A DNA stretch of 37,466 nt, from assembly GCA_913042995.1 (NCBI GenBank), contig CAJWMA010000001.1, positions 1-37,466 on the forward strand. The letters run 5' to 3'. The number at the start of each line of letters is the position of its first letter. Position 1 is the stretch's first letter. Position numbers and translations under genes: made by a program. The stretch comes from an uncultured bacterium. GTDB lineage: Bacteria > Planctomycetota > UBA8108. The notes below the pieces were generated by a model that worked only from the letters and a program-made list of their open reading frames with translations, was not told the DNA's origin and ran no database searches. Below are positions 9,093 through 17,477 of the stretch, piece after piece.

Positions 9093-10289
9093 ATGTCCTC
9101 GATGGATAGCGCAAGAGTGTTGAAAAAAAACGTATACAAGCTCATCTACTCGTTTTTTACGCCGGTAGCGCTGGTTCTTCTCGCCCTGGGACTGGGGGGT
9201 GCGAAGGGACTGGCCGCTGAGGAGAAGCCCGCGGCCGAGCCGAAACCAAGGCCCAGGTCCACCCTGACGGTTTCCGCTTCCACCGCGCGGGCCGTAGAGA
9301 AGGGGCTCAGCTTCCTGGCTTCCCGGCAAAATCCCGATGGGTCCTGGACCGACAGGGTCGGGCGCAAGGTGCACATGACCTACCGCGGCACCGTGGCGCC
9401 TCATGTCGGGGTGACCGGCCTGGTGGGTATCGCCTTCCTGGCGCACGGCGTTCTGCCAGGGCAGGGCTCCGCGGGCTTCGTTATGAAGAACGGGAAAAAG
9501 GTCAGCTATTGCGAGGTGCTCGAGAAGGCTCTCGAATATGTCATGGGCCGCGTGTCGGCTACCAATGGATTTATCAGCGCCAACGGATCCCGCATGTACA
9601 GCCACGCGTTCGCCACCCTGTTCCTCGCCGAGGTCTATGGTACGGGTTCCTATCGTGACTCAGAGCGGGTGAAACGGTCGCTGAAGAACGCCATCCGCCT
9701 GATCGTCAATGCCCAGAACGCCGAGGGCGGCTGGCGCTATCGTCCCGGCGCCCAGGATTCGGATATGTCGATTACGGTTTGCCAGGTCATGGCTCTTCGG
9801 GCGGCGCGCAACGCGGGAGTCGAGGTTCCTTTCGTCACGATCCAGAGAGCCGTGGACTATGTGAAGAAGAGCTTCGTCCCCGGGGTCGGAGCCTTCACCT
9901 ACCAGCTGGGGCTCGAGTTCCGGGGAGTGCACAGCCGCTGGACTCCCGCGCTGACGGCCGCCGGGGTGACCACCCTCTATAGCGCGGGCGAGTATGACGC
10001 CTTCCAGATCAACGAGGGGCTGAATTACATCTGGCGAGAGCGGCCGAAGCGGGGAGAGGCAAGGTATACCTTCGACTATTATTATTTCCAGTACTATGCC
10101 GTCCAGGCTTCCTTTCAGAAGGGCGGGACCTATTGGAAGCGTTGGTATGATTCCATCCGGCAGGACCTGCTGCTGCTGCAGGAAAATGATGGACGGTGGA
10201 CCGACCTGGTGGGGGCCAACTACGCCACGGCGATGGCTGCCATCATCCTGCAGTATCCCAACCAGTACCTGCCCATTACGGAAAACTGA
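9093..10289 (+). CDS. Secreted prenyltransferase/squalene-cyclase-repeat (alpha/alpha toroid) protein
   Basis: Hydrophobic signal region FFTPVALVLLALGLGGAKGLAAEE. Three QW-like repeats: SRQNPDGSWTDRVG, NAQNAEGGWRYRPG, LQENDGRWTDLVG. Interspersed helices such as TVCQVMALRAARNAG are typical of terpenoid-cyclase/prenyltransferase-fold repeat proteins. Confidence 0.7.
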   Translation: MSSMDSARVLKKNVYKLIYSFFTPVALVLLALGLGGAKGLAAEEKPAAEPKPRPRSTLTVSASTARAVEKGLSFLASRQNPDGSWTDRVGRKVHMTYRGTVAPHVGVTGLVGIAFLAHGVLPGQGSAGFVMKNGKKVSYCEVLEKALEYVMGRVSATNGFISANGSRMYSHAFATLFLAEVYGTGSYRDSERVKRSLKNAIRLIVNAQNAEGGWRYRPGAQDSDMSITVCQVMALRAARNAGVEVPFVTIQRAVDYVKKSFVPGVGAFTYQLGLEFRGVHSRWTPALTAAGVTTLYSAGEYDAFQINEGLNYIWRERPKRGEARYTFDYYYFQYYAVQASFQKGGTYWKRWYDSIRQDLLLLQENDGRWTDLVGANYATAMAAIILQYPNQYLPITEN

Positions 10290-10293
10290 TCTT

Positions 10294-12783
10294 GTGAAAG
10301 GCTTGAAATCTTCATCCGGTAGAGTTCCAGAGAAGAGCCTTGCTGTTCTCGGCTATTTGCGCCGGAGGATTCGCAGGGCCTCGCTTTTCAGTGGACTGGT
10401 GTGGATAGGTTTCATTATTTCTATTGGCCTGCTGATCTCTTTCGGTCTTGATTATTCGCTCAGGCTGCCGTTGCCGGTACGCCAGCTGTTCATGGCCGCT
10501 GCCTGGGTCGGTCTGGCGATTCTCTTCGCCCGGCGGATCCTGGCCCCGCTTTCCCGCAAGCTTCGAGATTCGGAACTCGCGATGATTGTCGAGGAGGCGA
10601 ACCCGGAGCTCAACCAGTCCCTGGTCACTGTTGTTGAGCTCTGTGGAAGCGACAGCGATGGAGCTCGGCATGTCTCCCGCGAGATGCTGGACTCGGTGGT
10701 GGAGGAGGTCGAGGAGGACGCTCAGAAACTGCTCGCAAGCGGGGTGCTGAAGCTGCAGGGACTGAAGAGAAACCTGCTGTTGTTCTTTCTGGCCGCGGCC
10801 AGTGTTGCTTCCGGGGCCGGGTTGCAGCCCGATCTGGCCGCCACCTGGTACCAGAGAAACCTGCTGCTGAATGGTTCCGTTAAATGGCCCAAGACCATCC
10901 AACTGGAGCTGGAGTCTGGAACCCCGAATGTTGTCGCCATGGGAGATGACCTGCCTGTGGCGGTTCGTGTTCTTCGCGGGTCTCCAAGGATCCTGGAGAT
11001 CAACTGGAAGCTGGCTGATGGATCCAAGGGCAGGAAGGTCATGGAGGCCAGCCCCCAGCAATCGCATGACATCTGGCTGGAGAAGCCGGCCGAGGACTCC
11101 AAAGACCTGGTCGCCGCCCTGCTGAAGGCCGGCCTGGATAAGTCGCTGGTTGCGGCGGCCTTTGATCGCGGCCGCGGAGAGCTCGTCCGGGAGGTGCTGG
11201 CAGGGCGGAGTATCGAGCTGGAGCGCCTGCTGGAGGATGCGGGCGCGAAAGTTCGCGTCAAAAACTACGACCGGTTCGTCTATCTGTTCAGGAACGTGAA
11301 CCAGCCCTTTGAATTCTGGGCCGCTGACGGCCGGGACGAGGATCGCACCGACCCGGTGGCTGTCAAGGTGAGGAAGCGTCCCCGTATCGATATGAAGGAA
11401 TGGGAAGAGGGAGGCTATAACCAGGTCAGCTACCAGAACCCGGCCTATACGGGAGAGGGAGAGAAGAGAGTTATCCAGCGGCATGGAAATCTGAGGGTTC
11501 CTGTCGGTACGGAGGTCAGCTTCACCTTGGCGACCAACGTGATTGTTGATAAGGCCTATTTAGTATTGAAGCAGGGGGTCGAGGAAAATGGCGGTGGAGA
11601 TGCGGCGGGCGGCCAGTGGCCTGCCCCGGATTCTGTCGAGCTTGAGGTGATGGATGGAAGAAAGTTTGACGGCAAGTTCGTGGTGCAGGAGAGCGGTGGG
11701 TATTTCTTCCAGTTTGCCGACCCCGAAGGTTTTCGCAGTTCCCAGCCGGAGCGATTCAGGATCCAGGCGATCCCTGACCGCAAGCCCGTGGTTCGTATTG
11801 TAGAGCCGGCCAGGTTGACCGAGGATGTGTCTCCCAACGCGGAGATTCCCATCCAGGTCTGGGTCAAGGATGATTACGCGGTGAAGAAAGTCGAGTTGGC
11901 AGGGAATTACTACGCTGCCGGGGATTCTGAGCCTGAGAGAAGCAGGGCCGCCCTGCTTGATATGGAGGCGGCCGGTCCGACGGGCGCGAAGGGCGAGCCG
12001 GAGCTCGAACCTTATGTCCTCAAGCTTGTCGAGCTTGGATCAGGTGATGGGGGAGCGCCCTCTCCGGGGGCTCGCTTCGAGTACTTTGTCCTGGCCGAGG
12101 ATTTCGGCAGGACCGGGAACAAGACAGCCGATGGCCGGCCGATGGGAAATATTGGAGAATCCCCGGTCTATCTTCTACAGGTGGTCGATCCCGATGTTCT
12201 GGAGGATCAGTACGCGCGGGAGGTGATGTCTTTTCGAGACATGACCGACAGGCTGCGGGGACGACAGGAATCGGTCAGGAAAGACCTGGAGGAATCCCAG
12301 GAGAAATTCCTCCTTGGAGGCAAGCTGGACAAGGACGCGGCGGCCAGGCTGTCGAGGCATCGCCAGGATCAGGTCAGGGTCTCTGAGGGCTTGACGGGGC
12401 TTGCCGGGAATATCGGGCAAATGCTTGGCAAGATGAAGATGAACAAGGTCGGCGAGGAAAAATGGAAAGACTGGCTCCAGGGACTCAGGGAAGAACTCGA
12501 TGATATCGTTGAACATAAGTCCGACCGTATTGCAGAACAGCTGGATGAGCTGCGCTCCCGGGCGCAGGAATCTGAGCAGGATCCGGCCGCATTAGCCCGG
12601 AGCGTCGCGGCCCAGCTCGAGGTGGAGCGGGACCTGGATGCGATCGTTGTAAGGATGAGCGAGTTTGGCGATCTGCGGGGTCTGATCCAGCTGATGAGAG
12701 AGATCAAACGACGGCAGGAGGGGCTCAGGGAGGATACCAGGAGCCAGACCGAAAAAGATGGTGCTGGGGGAAAAGAAGAATAA
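10294..12783 (+). CDS. DUF4175-like membrane protein (two N-terminal TM helices, large extracytoplasmic region, coiled-coil C-terminus)
   Basis: GTG 10294 is the first in-frame start after the upstream stop (10287-10289); the track's 10096 start overlaps the previous gene by about 200 nt. The N-terminus LRRRIRRASLFSGLVWIGFIISIGLLISFGLDYSLRLPLPVRQLFMAAAWVGLAILFARRILAPLSRKLRDSELAMIVEEANPELNQSLVTVVEL matches my recollection of the DUF4175 family head. The C-terminal 200 aa are E/R/K/Q-rich and heptad-like. Confidence 0.6.
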   Translation: MKGLKSSSGRVPEKSLAVLGYLRRRIRRASLFSGLVWIGFIISIGLLISFGLDYSLRLPLPVRQLFMAAAWVGLAILFARRILAPLSRKLRDSELAMIVEEANPELNQSLVTVVELCGSDSDGARHVSREMLDSVVEEVEEDAQKLLASGVLKLQGLKRNLLLFFLAAASVASGAGLQPDLAATWYQRNLLLNGSVKWPKTIQLELESGTPNVVAMGDDLPVAVRVLRGSPRILEINWKLADGSKGRKVMEASPQQSHDIWLEKPAEDSKDLVAALLKAGLDKSLVAAAFDRGRGELVREVLAGRSIELERLLEDAGAKVRVKNYDRFVYLFRNVNQPFEFWAADGRDEDRTDPVAVKVRKRPRIDMKEWEEGGYNQVSYQNPAYTGEGEKRVIQRHGNLRVPVGTEVSFTLATNVIVDKAYLVLKQGVEENGGGDAAGGQWPAPDSVELEVMDGRKFDGKFVVQESGGYFFQFADPEGFRSSQPERFRIQAIPDRKPVVRIVEPARLTEDVSPNAEIPIQVWVKDDYAVKKVELAGNYYAAGDSEPERSRAALLDMEAAGPTGAKGEPELEPYVLKLVELGSGDGGAPSPGARFEYFVLAEDFGRTGNKTADGRPMGNIGESPVYLLQVVDPDVLEDQYAREVMSFRDMTDRLRGRQESVRKDLEESQEKFLLGGKLDKDAAARLSRHRQDQVRVSEGLTGLAGNIGQMLGKMKMNKVGEEKWKDWLQGLREELDDIVEHKSDRIAEQLDELRSRAQESEQDPAALARSVAAQLEVERDLDAIVVRMSEFGDLRGLIQLMREIKRRQEGLREDTRSQTEKDGAGGKEE

Positions 12784-15700
12784 TGACTCAGATGTCTTCC
12801 TTCGCCCTGTCGGGTAAGATGAAACCTGTTATGCGTACCTTGTGGCTTTACCGTTTTGTTGTTCTGCTTTCAGCCTTGGGCTGTGTCTTCGCGTCCGCCG
12901 GGCCGGGTTTCTCGCAGCCTGCCCGGGGAGAGGATAAGGACCGCTCACGCGAGCTGTCCCGCGAGCAGGAACAGATTCGCGCTATCGTCCTCAAGCTGGC
13001 CGATGATATGGACAAGGTGGCTGACAAGCTGGAGGCTAGTGAGCCGCAGGACGCTGAGCGCCTGCGGGCGGGAGCGAGGCAGATTCGTACCCAGCGGCTG
13101 CCTGACACCCTCGCGCAGATAGAGGGAATGCTTTCGAATAAAGACTTCATCTCCGCTGTCTCACGGCAGAATGAGGCGATCAAGATTATCGACGATATTC
13201 TCGCTGTGCTGGAGGCCAGCCAGTTCACCGAGAGTCGTGCTGGACAGCAGCTCGAAAAGCTCAAAGAGCAGCGTAAGCTCACCGGAAAGCTCAAGCAGGA
13301 GCAGGAGCGCCTCCTTGATGAGACCAGAAAATTTCTGAGTGAAAAGGAGGCAGCCGAAGGGCTGCAGGACCTCACGGATCTGATCAGCGAAGTTTTGAAG
13401 ATGCAGGAGGGGCTTGTAAAGGGCGATTCTACGGGGAAGATCGATCCCGGGGGATCGGGAAAAGACAGGAAAGCTCTCGACGAGGCGATTGAGGCTGCCC
13501 GGGATCTGCAGGGTCTTCAGAAACGGGTCAACGATGGCCTGGCCAAGCTGCCCCGGGGGGAGGAGCGCGAGAAAGACCAGAGGGAGATTGCCGATGCCAG
13601 GAAGGCTATCGAGAATCTCGATGAGCTTATTCGCCAGGCCCGCGCCCTGGCGCGGGATTCAGGGCAGCTGGACAGAAAGTCGACAGAGCTGGGCCGGATG
13701 AGCGCGGCCAACAGGCCTGTTTCTCCAGGGAAGCCCGCGGGAGAACAACCGCGGCCGGCGGATGAAGGCGCAGAAAGCAAGGGCGAGCAGAGCCAGGGAA
13801 AATCGAGCCAGGAGAAGCCGGCTCAAGGCGAGCAAGGCAAGGGCGAACAGGCTCAAGGCGCTGACGGAAAAAAAGAGCAGGGAGGCGAGAGCTCCGCTGA
13901 AGGGCAACCCGGAAAGAAAAATCCTGAGGCCGGTAAGGGCGAGGCCGGCAAGCCGGGTGAAAAGCCGCAGCAGGGCGCGAAGGAGGAAGCCTCCGGAAAA
14001 GAGACCGCTCCGGAGCTTCAAAAGGGAACCAGCGAACTGGAACTGGCCCGGGCGGCCCAGGAAATTTCTGATCTGAAGGCTGAGCTTGAGAGCCGCGCGG
14101 GGAAATTCCAGGAGGGTCTTCGGAAGGCTGGCGGCAAGCTCAAGGAAGAGACCCTGCCGGAAGCGGCCAGGGAGGGAGTTTCGGCCGCCGAGGGGAAGAG
14201 CCGGCAGGCGGATGAAGCGATCAAGCGGGACGATTTCAAGACGGCTGAACAGGGACAGGAAGGAGCCGCGCAGGAATTGGAACGGGCTCGCGAGGAGGTC
14301 GCGAAGCAGTTGAAGGAGGCCATGGCGAGAAACGCTCTGCAGACTGCCGGGCTTGGTCAGGAGGAACAGAGGCTCTCCCGTAAGGCTTCTTCCGCTTCCA
14401 GCCAGGCGGGAGAGCAAGCTCAGAGAAGTGAGTCGCAGGCCGCCAAGGATGCTCTCCAGCGAGGTTCGGCTCTTTTCAAGAAAGCTTCGGAGGCAATGAG
14501 ACAGGCGAGAGAATCGCTTAGCGAAGCGCAGCAGGGACAGGCGGAAAAATCCGGCAGGGAGGCTTCGGCCGCTCTCGAACAAGCTAAAAAAGAGCTGGAG
14601 CAAGCGAAGAAGGATCTGGCTGGACGTTCGGAGCTTCAGAAGAAGCAGGATCTCGAGAAGAAGCTGGCCCGCAAGACAAAGGATGCAGCCAGTGAAACCA
14701 GCCGTCTCGAGCGCAAACTGAGACGAAAGGATGAGCAGAAGCCTGACGGCTTGCGGCAGGCGGGTCAATCTCTTGAAGATGCTGCTCGGAAGATGACGGA
14801 ATCCTCCGAGGCTTCGCGCCAGGGACGCCAGGAGTTGAGTCGAAAGCGCCAGGAAGAGGCGCTCGATCAGCTCAAGAAGGCAAAGGAGAAGGTGGAGGAG
14901 AAAAAGAAAGAACAACTGGCGAAGCTCGAGAGGCGCAAGCGCTTTGACAAGCAGTCGCAAGAGCAGAAGGAGCTCGCGCGTCAGACCTCGGATGCCGCGA
15001 AACAGAACAAGTCTTCAGGGCAGCCCCAGCGTTCACAGCAATTGCAGGACGCTGCTGAGAAGATGGAGCAGGCCGCTGAGAACCTCGACCAGGGTAATCC
15101 TGATGAGGCGGAACAGAACCAGGAGGAGGCTCTGGCCCAGCTCCAACAGCAGGAAGAAGAGCTTCGAGAGGAAGAGGAAAGCCTTGAAGAGCTCAAGCGC
15201 GAGCAGGAGCTGGTTTCACTGGTCAAGGAGCTTACCGAGACGAAGGATGCCCAACTCGAGATCAACACAGCTACGGCTGCTGTGCAGCGGGAGCGGCCCG
15301 CGGGGCGCTTGAGCCGTCGACGCAGGGCTTCTCTGCAGCGCATGGTGGAGCCCCTGGCGCGGCAGGAAGGAGACCTGTCGGACAAGGTCACCACGCTCAT
15401 TGGTCGCCTGGAGGAAGAGTCGTCGAGGGTTTTTACCTTCATGTTGAAGAACGTCAGCGCTGACATGCAGCAGGTACGCGATCTTCTGTTCGAGCTCGAG
15501 ACGGATTCCTTTACGCAGTTCCTTCAGAAAGGCGTGGTGGTCGACATCGAGAGGATGATTGCTTCCCTCGAGGAACAGCTTGAGGTGATGAAGCGCCAGC
15601 GCCAGCAACAGCAGCAGCAGCAACAACAACAACAGCAACAACCTCAGCAGCAGAACGAGGCGTTGGTGTCGATGCTCGCTGAGCTGTTGATGTTGAAGAA

Positions 15701-16019
15701 TCTGCAGCTTGAGATCAACAGGCAGACAGGCCAGCTCGAGGATCTTCGTCAGAGCAACGATGGCAGCAGTGACTCGGGGCAATGGTCGCGAGCTCTCGAT
15801 CGGCTGCAGCAGCGCCAGGGGAATGTCGGCCGCCTGGTGGTTGAGCTGGCCGAAGATTTCAGGAAGGCCCAGGAACAGTCCCAGGGCGGCCCCGGCGGCG
15901 CAGAGGATCCCGAAGGGGAATCTTCCGAAGAGACGCCGGGAGAAGATCCCGAAAAAGCTCCCGGAGATGGGGGCGATGGTGATGGGGATAATAGTGGTGG
16001 AGATGATGCGGAAGAGTAG
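12783..16019 (+). CDS. Secreted 1078-aa coiled-coil / low-complexity protein with poly-Q tract and acidic C-terminal tail
   Basis: The ATG overlaps the upstream stop (TAATG 12781-12785). Signal-like N-terminus: LWLYRFVVLLSALGCVFASAGPG. Composition is overwhelmingly E/K/Q/A/R-rich and heptad-like. A G/E/K/Q low-complexity block spans roughly 13740-14020. A Q tract is encoded at 15603-15653. The tail is EDPEGESSEETPGEDPEKAPGDGGDGDGDNSGGDDAEE. The long antisense ORFs here are shadows. Confidence 0.7.
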   Translation: MTQMSSFALSGKMKPVMRTLWLYRFVVLLSALGCVFASAGPGFSQPARGEDKDRSRELSREQEQIRAIVLKLADDMDKVADKLEASEPQDAERLRAGARQIRTQRLPDTLAQIEGMLSNKDFISAVSRQNEAIKIIDDILAVLEASQFTESRAGQQLEKLKEQRKLTGKLKQEQERLLDETRKFLSEKEAAEGLQDLTDLISEVLKMQEGLVKGDSTGKIDPGGSGKDRKALDEAIEAARDLQGLQKRVNDGLAKLPRGEEREKDQREIADARKAIENLDELIRQARALARDSGQLDRKSTELGRMSAANRPVSPGKPAGEQPRPADEGAESKGEQSQGKSSQEKPAQGEQGKGEQAQGADGKKEQGGESSAEGQPGKKNPEAGKGEAGKPGEKPQQGAKEEASGKETAPELQKGTSELELARAAQEISDLKAELESRAGKFQEGLRKAGGKLKEETLPEAAREGVSAAEGKSRQADEAIKRDDFKTAEQGQEGAAQELERAREEVAKQLKEAMARNALQTAGLGQEEQRLSRKASSASSQAGEQAQRSESQAAKDALQRGSALFKKASEAMRQARESLSEAQQGQAEKSGREASAALEQAKKELEQAKKDLAGRSELQKKQDLEKKLARKTKDAASETSRLERKLRRKDEQKPDGLRQAGQSLEDAARKMTESSEASRQGRQELSRKRQEEALDQLKKAKEKVEEKKKEQLAKLERRKRFDKQSQEQKELARQTSDAAKQNKSSGQPQRSQQLQDAAEKMEQAAENLDQGNPDEAEQNQEEALAQLQQQEEELREEEESLEELKREQELVSLVKELTETKDAQLEINTATAAVQRERPAGRLSRRRRASLQRMVEPLARQEGDLSDKVTTLIGRLEEESSRVFTFMLKNVSADMQQVRDLLFELETDSFTQFLQKGVVVDIERMIASLEEQLEVMKRQRQQQQQQQQQQQQQPQQQNEALVSMLAELLMLKNLQLEINRQTGQLEDLRQSNDGSSDSGQWSRALDRLQQRQGNVGRLVVELAEDFRKAQEQSQGGPGGAEDPEGESSEETPGEDPEKAPGDGGDGDGDNSGGDDAEE
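15603..15653 (+). repeat. Mixed CAG/CAA trinucleotide tract encoding Q13-P-Q3
   Basis: Read directly in frame: cag caa cag cag cag cag caa caa caa caa cag caa caa cct cag cag cag. Confidence 0.9.
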
Positions 16020-16088
16020 GTGCTCGAGAGGGCCTGGTTGGAATTTTCAGGGCTCCCGTGAGAAGGTGCTGCTTTAGCAGAGGTAGAA

Positions 16089-17423
16089 TTGTACGCTCAG
16101 GAATCTTTCTCGGAACTGTGGCTGCTGGTCTCGCTTATCCTGGTCGGGGCGGGGCTCTTTATCTCGATCTGCAGGAAAGCCACCGAGCGTTTTTCCAGGA
16201 AGGCTCTGCTTGAGAGATCCGTCGACTGGAGCCCTGAGCGGGTAGAGCGATTCGCCAGGTTCAAGGAAGATTACGAGGGCACGTTAGGCAACTTCGACAT
16301 CGTTGTTCGTTGCGTCATCTCCTGCTGCTGGTTGCTTGGCCGCCTGCCCGCTCTTATGGCGGCAGCTCCCGACTTCACCTTCAACGCGGACCTGGGTATC
16401 TGCCTGGCCTTGCTGGTGCTGGAGATCTTCGTCTTGCAGGTACTCGTGCTGGAGTTGCTCTCAGCGATCATCGGCAGGCTCTGGCCGGAGGCCTGGCTGG
16501 CTCGTTTTTCGAGGCTTATCCGTTTTCTGCATTCCTGTTTTGGCCCCGCCCGGTGGCTCCTGGAGGGCATCCTGCGCCCGCTTGCCAGGGTCTCCGGCCG
16601 TAGCTCACATAGGGATTCCGCTGACATTCTCGAAGAGGAGCTGCGTTCGAAGGCTGAAGAGGTCGAGCGTGAGGGACTGCTCGAATCCGAGGAGATGGAT
16701 ATGATCGAATCGATCATTTCCTTTGGAGATGTAGAAGTCTCGGAGGTGATGACGCCCCGTACGGAGATGATCTGTCTCGATTTAGACGAGCCGCTCTCTG
16801 AGAATCTCGAGAAGGCGATCGAGTGCGCCCTTTCGAGAATACCGGTCTACAGGGAGAGTAAGGATAATGTTGTCGGCATCCTCTATGTGAAGGATCTTCT
16901 CCGGAGTCTCTACAGCAAGGAGGACATCTCGCTTGAGTCGCTCATTCGCAGCCCCTACCGTGTCAGCGGCGGGAAGAAAATCGACGACCTTCTCCAGGAG
17001 TTCAAGCAGCACCGTCTGCATATTGCCATTGTCAGGGATGAGCATGGCGGCACTGAAGGTCTTGTGACCATCGAGGATGTAATTGAGGAGATCGTCGGTG
17101 AGATCAGTGACGAGTACGAACAGGAGGAGGAGCTGTCGCCTATCCAGCGGCTCTCCAATGGGATGGTCAGCGTGGATGCGGCGGTTCACATCGATGATCT
17201 CAACGAGGAACTGAGCCTTGGTATACCTGAAAATGAGAACTACGACACGATCGGAGGATTTCTCTTTTCAAGTATGGGCGGGATTCCGAAGGTTGGTGAC
17301 ACCTTCGCTCTCGATGGCGTGCATTTCGAGGTGACCAGCGCCGATGGCAGGAGGGTTCATCGACTCCAACTGAGGGTTCCGGAAAAGAGTGGACGAGCAG
17401 ATGATGGGAATGGAGAAGTTTGA
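16089..17423 (+). CDS. CNNM/CorC/HlyC-family transporter (DUF21 membrane domain + CBS pair + CorC_HlyC domain)
   Basis: TTG start with GAGG 5 nt upstream. The N-terminal third is hydrophobic. CBS-pair region: VSEVMTPRTEMICLD...IPVYRESKDNVVGILYVKDLL...HRLHIAIVRDEHGGTEGLVTIEDVIEEIVGEI. C-terminal transporter-associated domain: YDTIGGFLFSSMGGIPKVGDTFALDGVHFEVTSADGRRVHRLQL. Confidence 0.85.
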   Translation: MYAQESFSELWLLVSLILVGAGLFISICRKATERFSRKALLERSVDWSPERVERFARFKEDYEGTLGNFDIVVRCVISCCWLLGRLPALMAAAPDFTFNADLGICLALLVLEIFVLQVLVLELLSAIIGRLWPEAWLARFSRLIRFLHSCFGPARWLLEGILRPLARVSGRSSHRDSADILEEELRSKAEEVEREGLLESEEMDMIESIISFGDVEVSEVMTPRTEMICLDLDEPLSENLEKAIECALSRIPVYRESKDNVVGILYVKDLLRSLYSKEDISLESLIRSPYRVSGGKKIDDLLQEFKQHRLHIAIVRDEHGGTEGLVTIEDVIEEIVGEISDEYEQEEELSPIQRLSNGMVSVDAAVHIDDLNEELSLGIPENENYDTIGGFLFSSMGGIPKVGDTFALDGVHFEVTSADGRRVHRLQLRVPEKSGRADDGNGEV

Positions 17424-17477
17424 AGGCCCGCCTCCTGCGGCGGAAGGCCCAGGTGTTTTCAGAGGTGGTTTAAAGAG

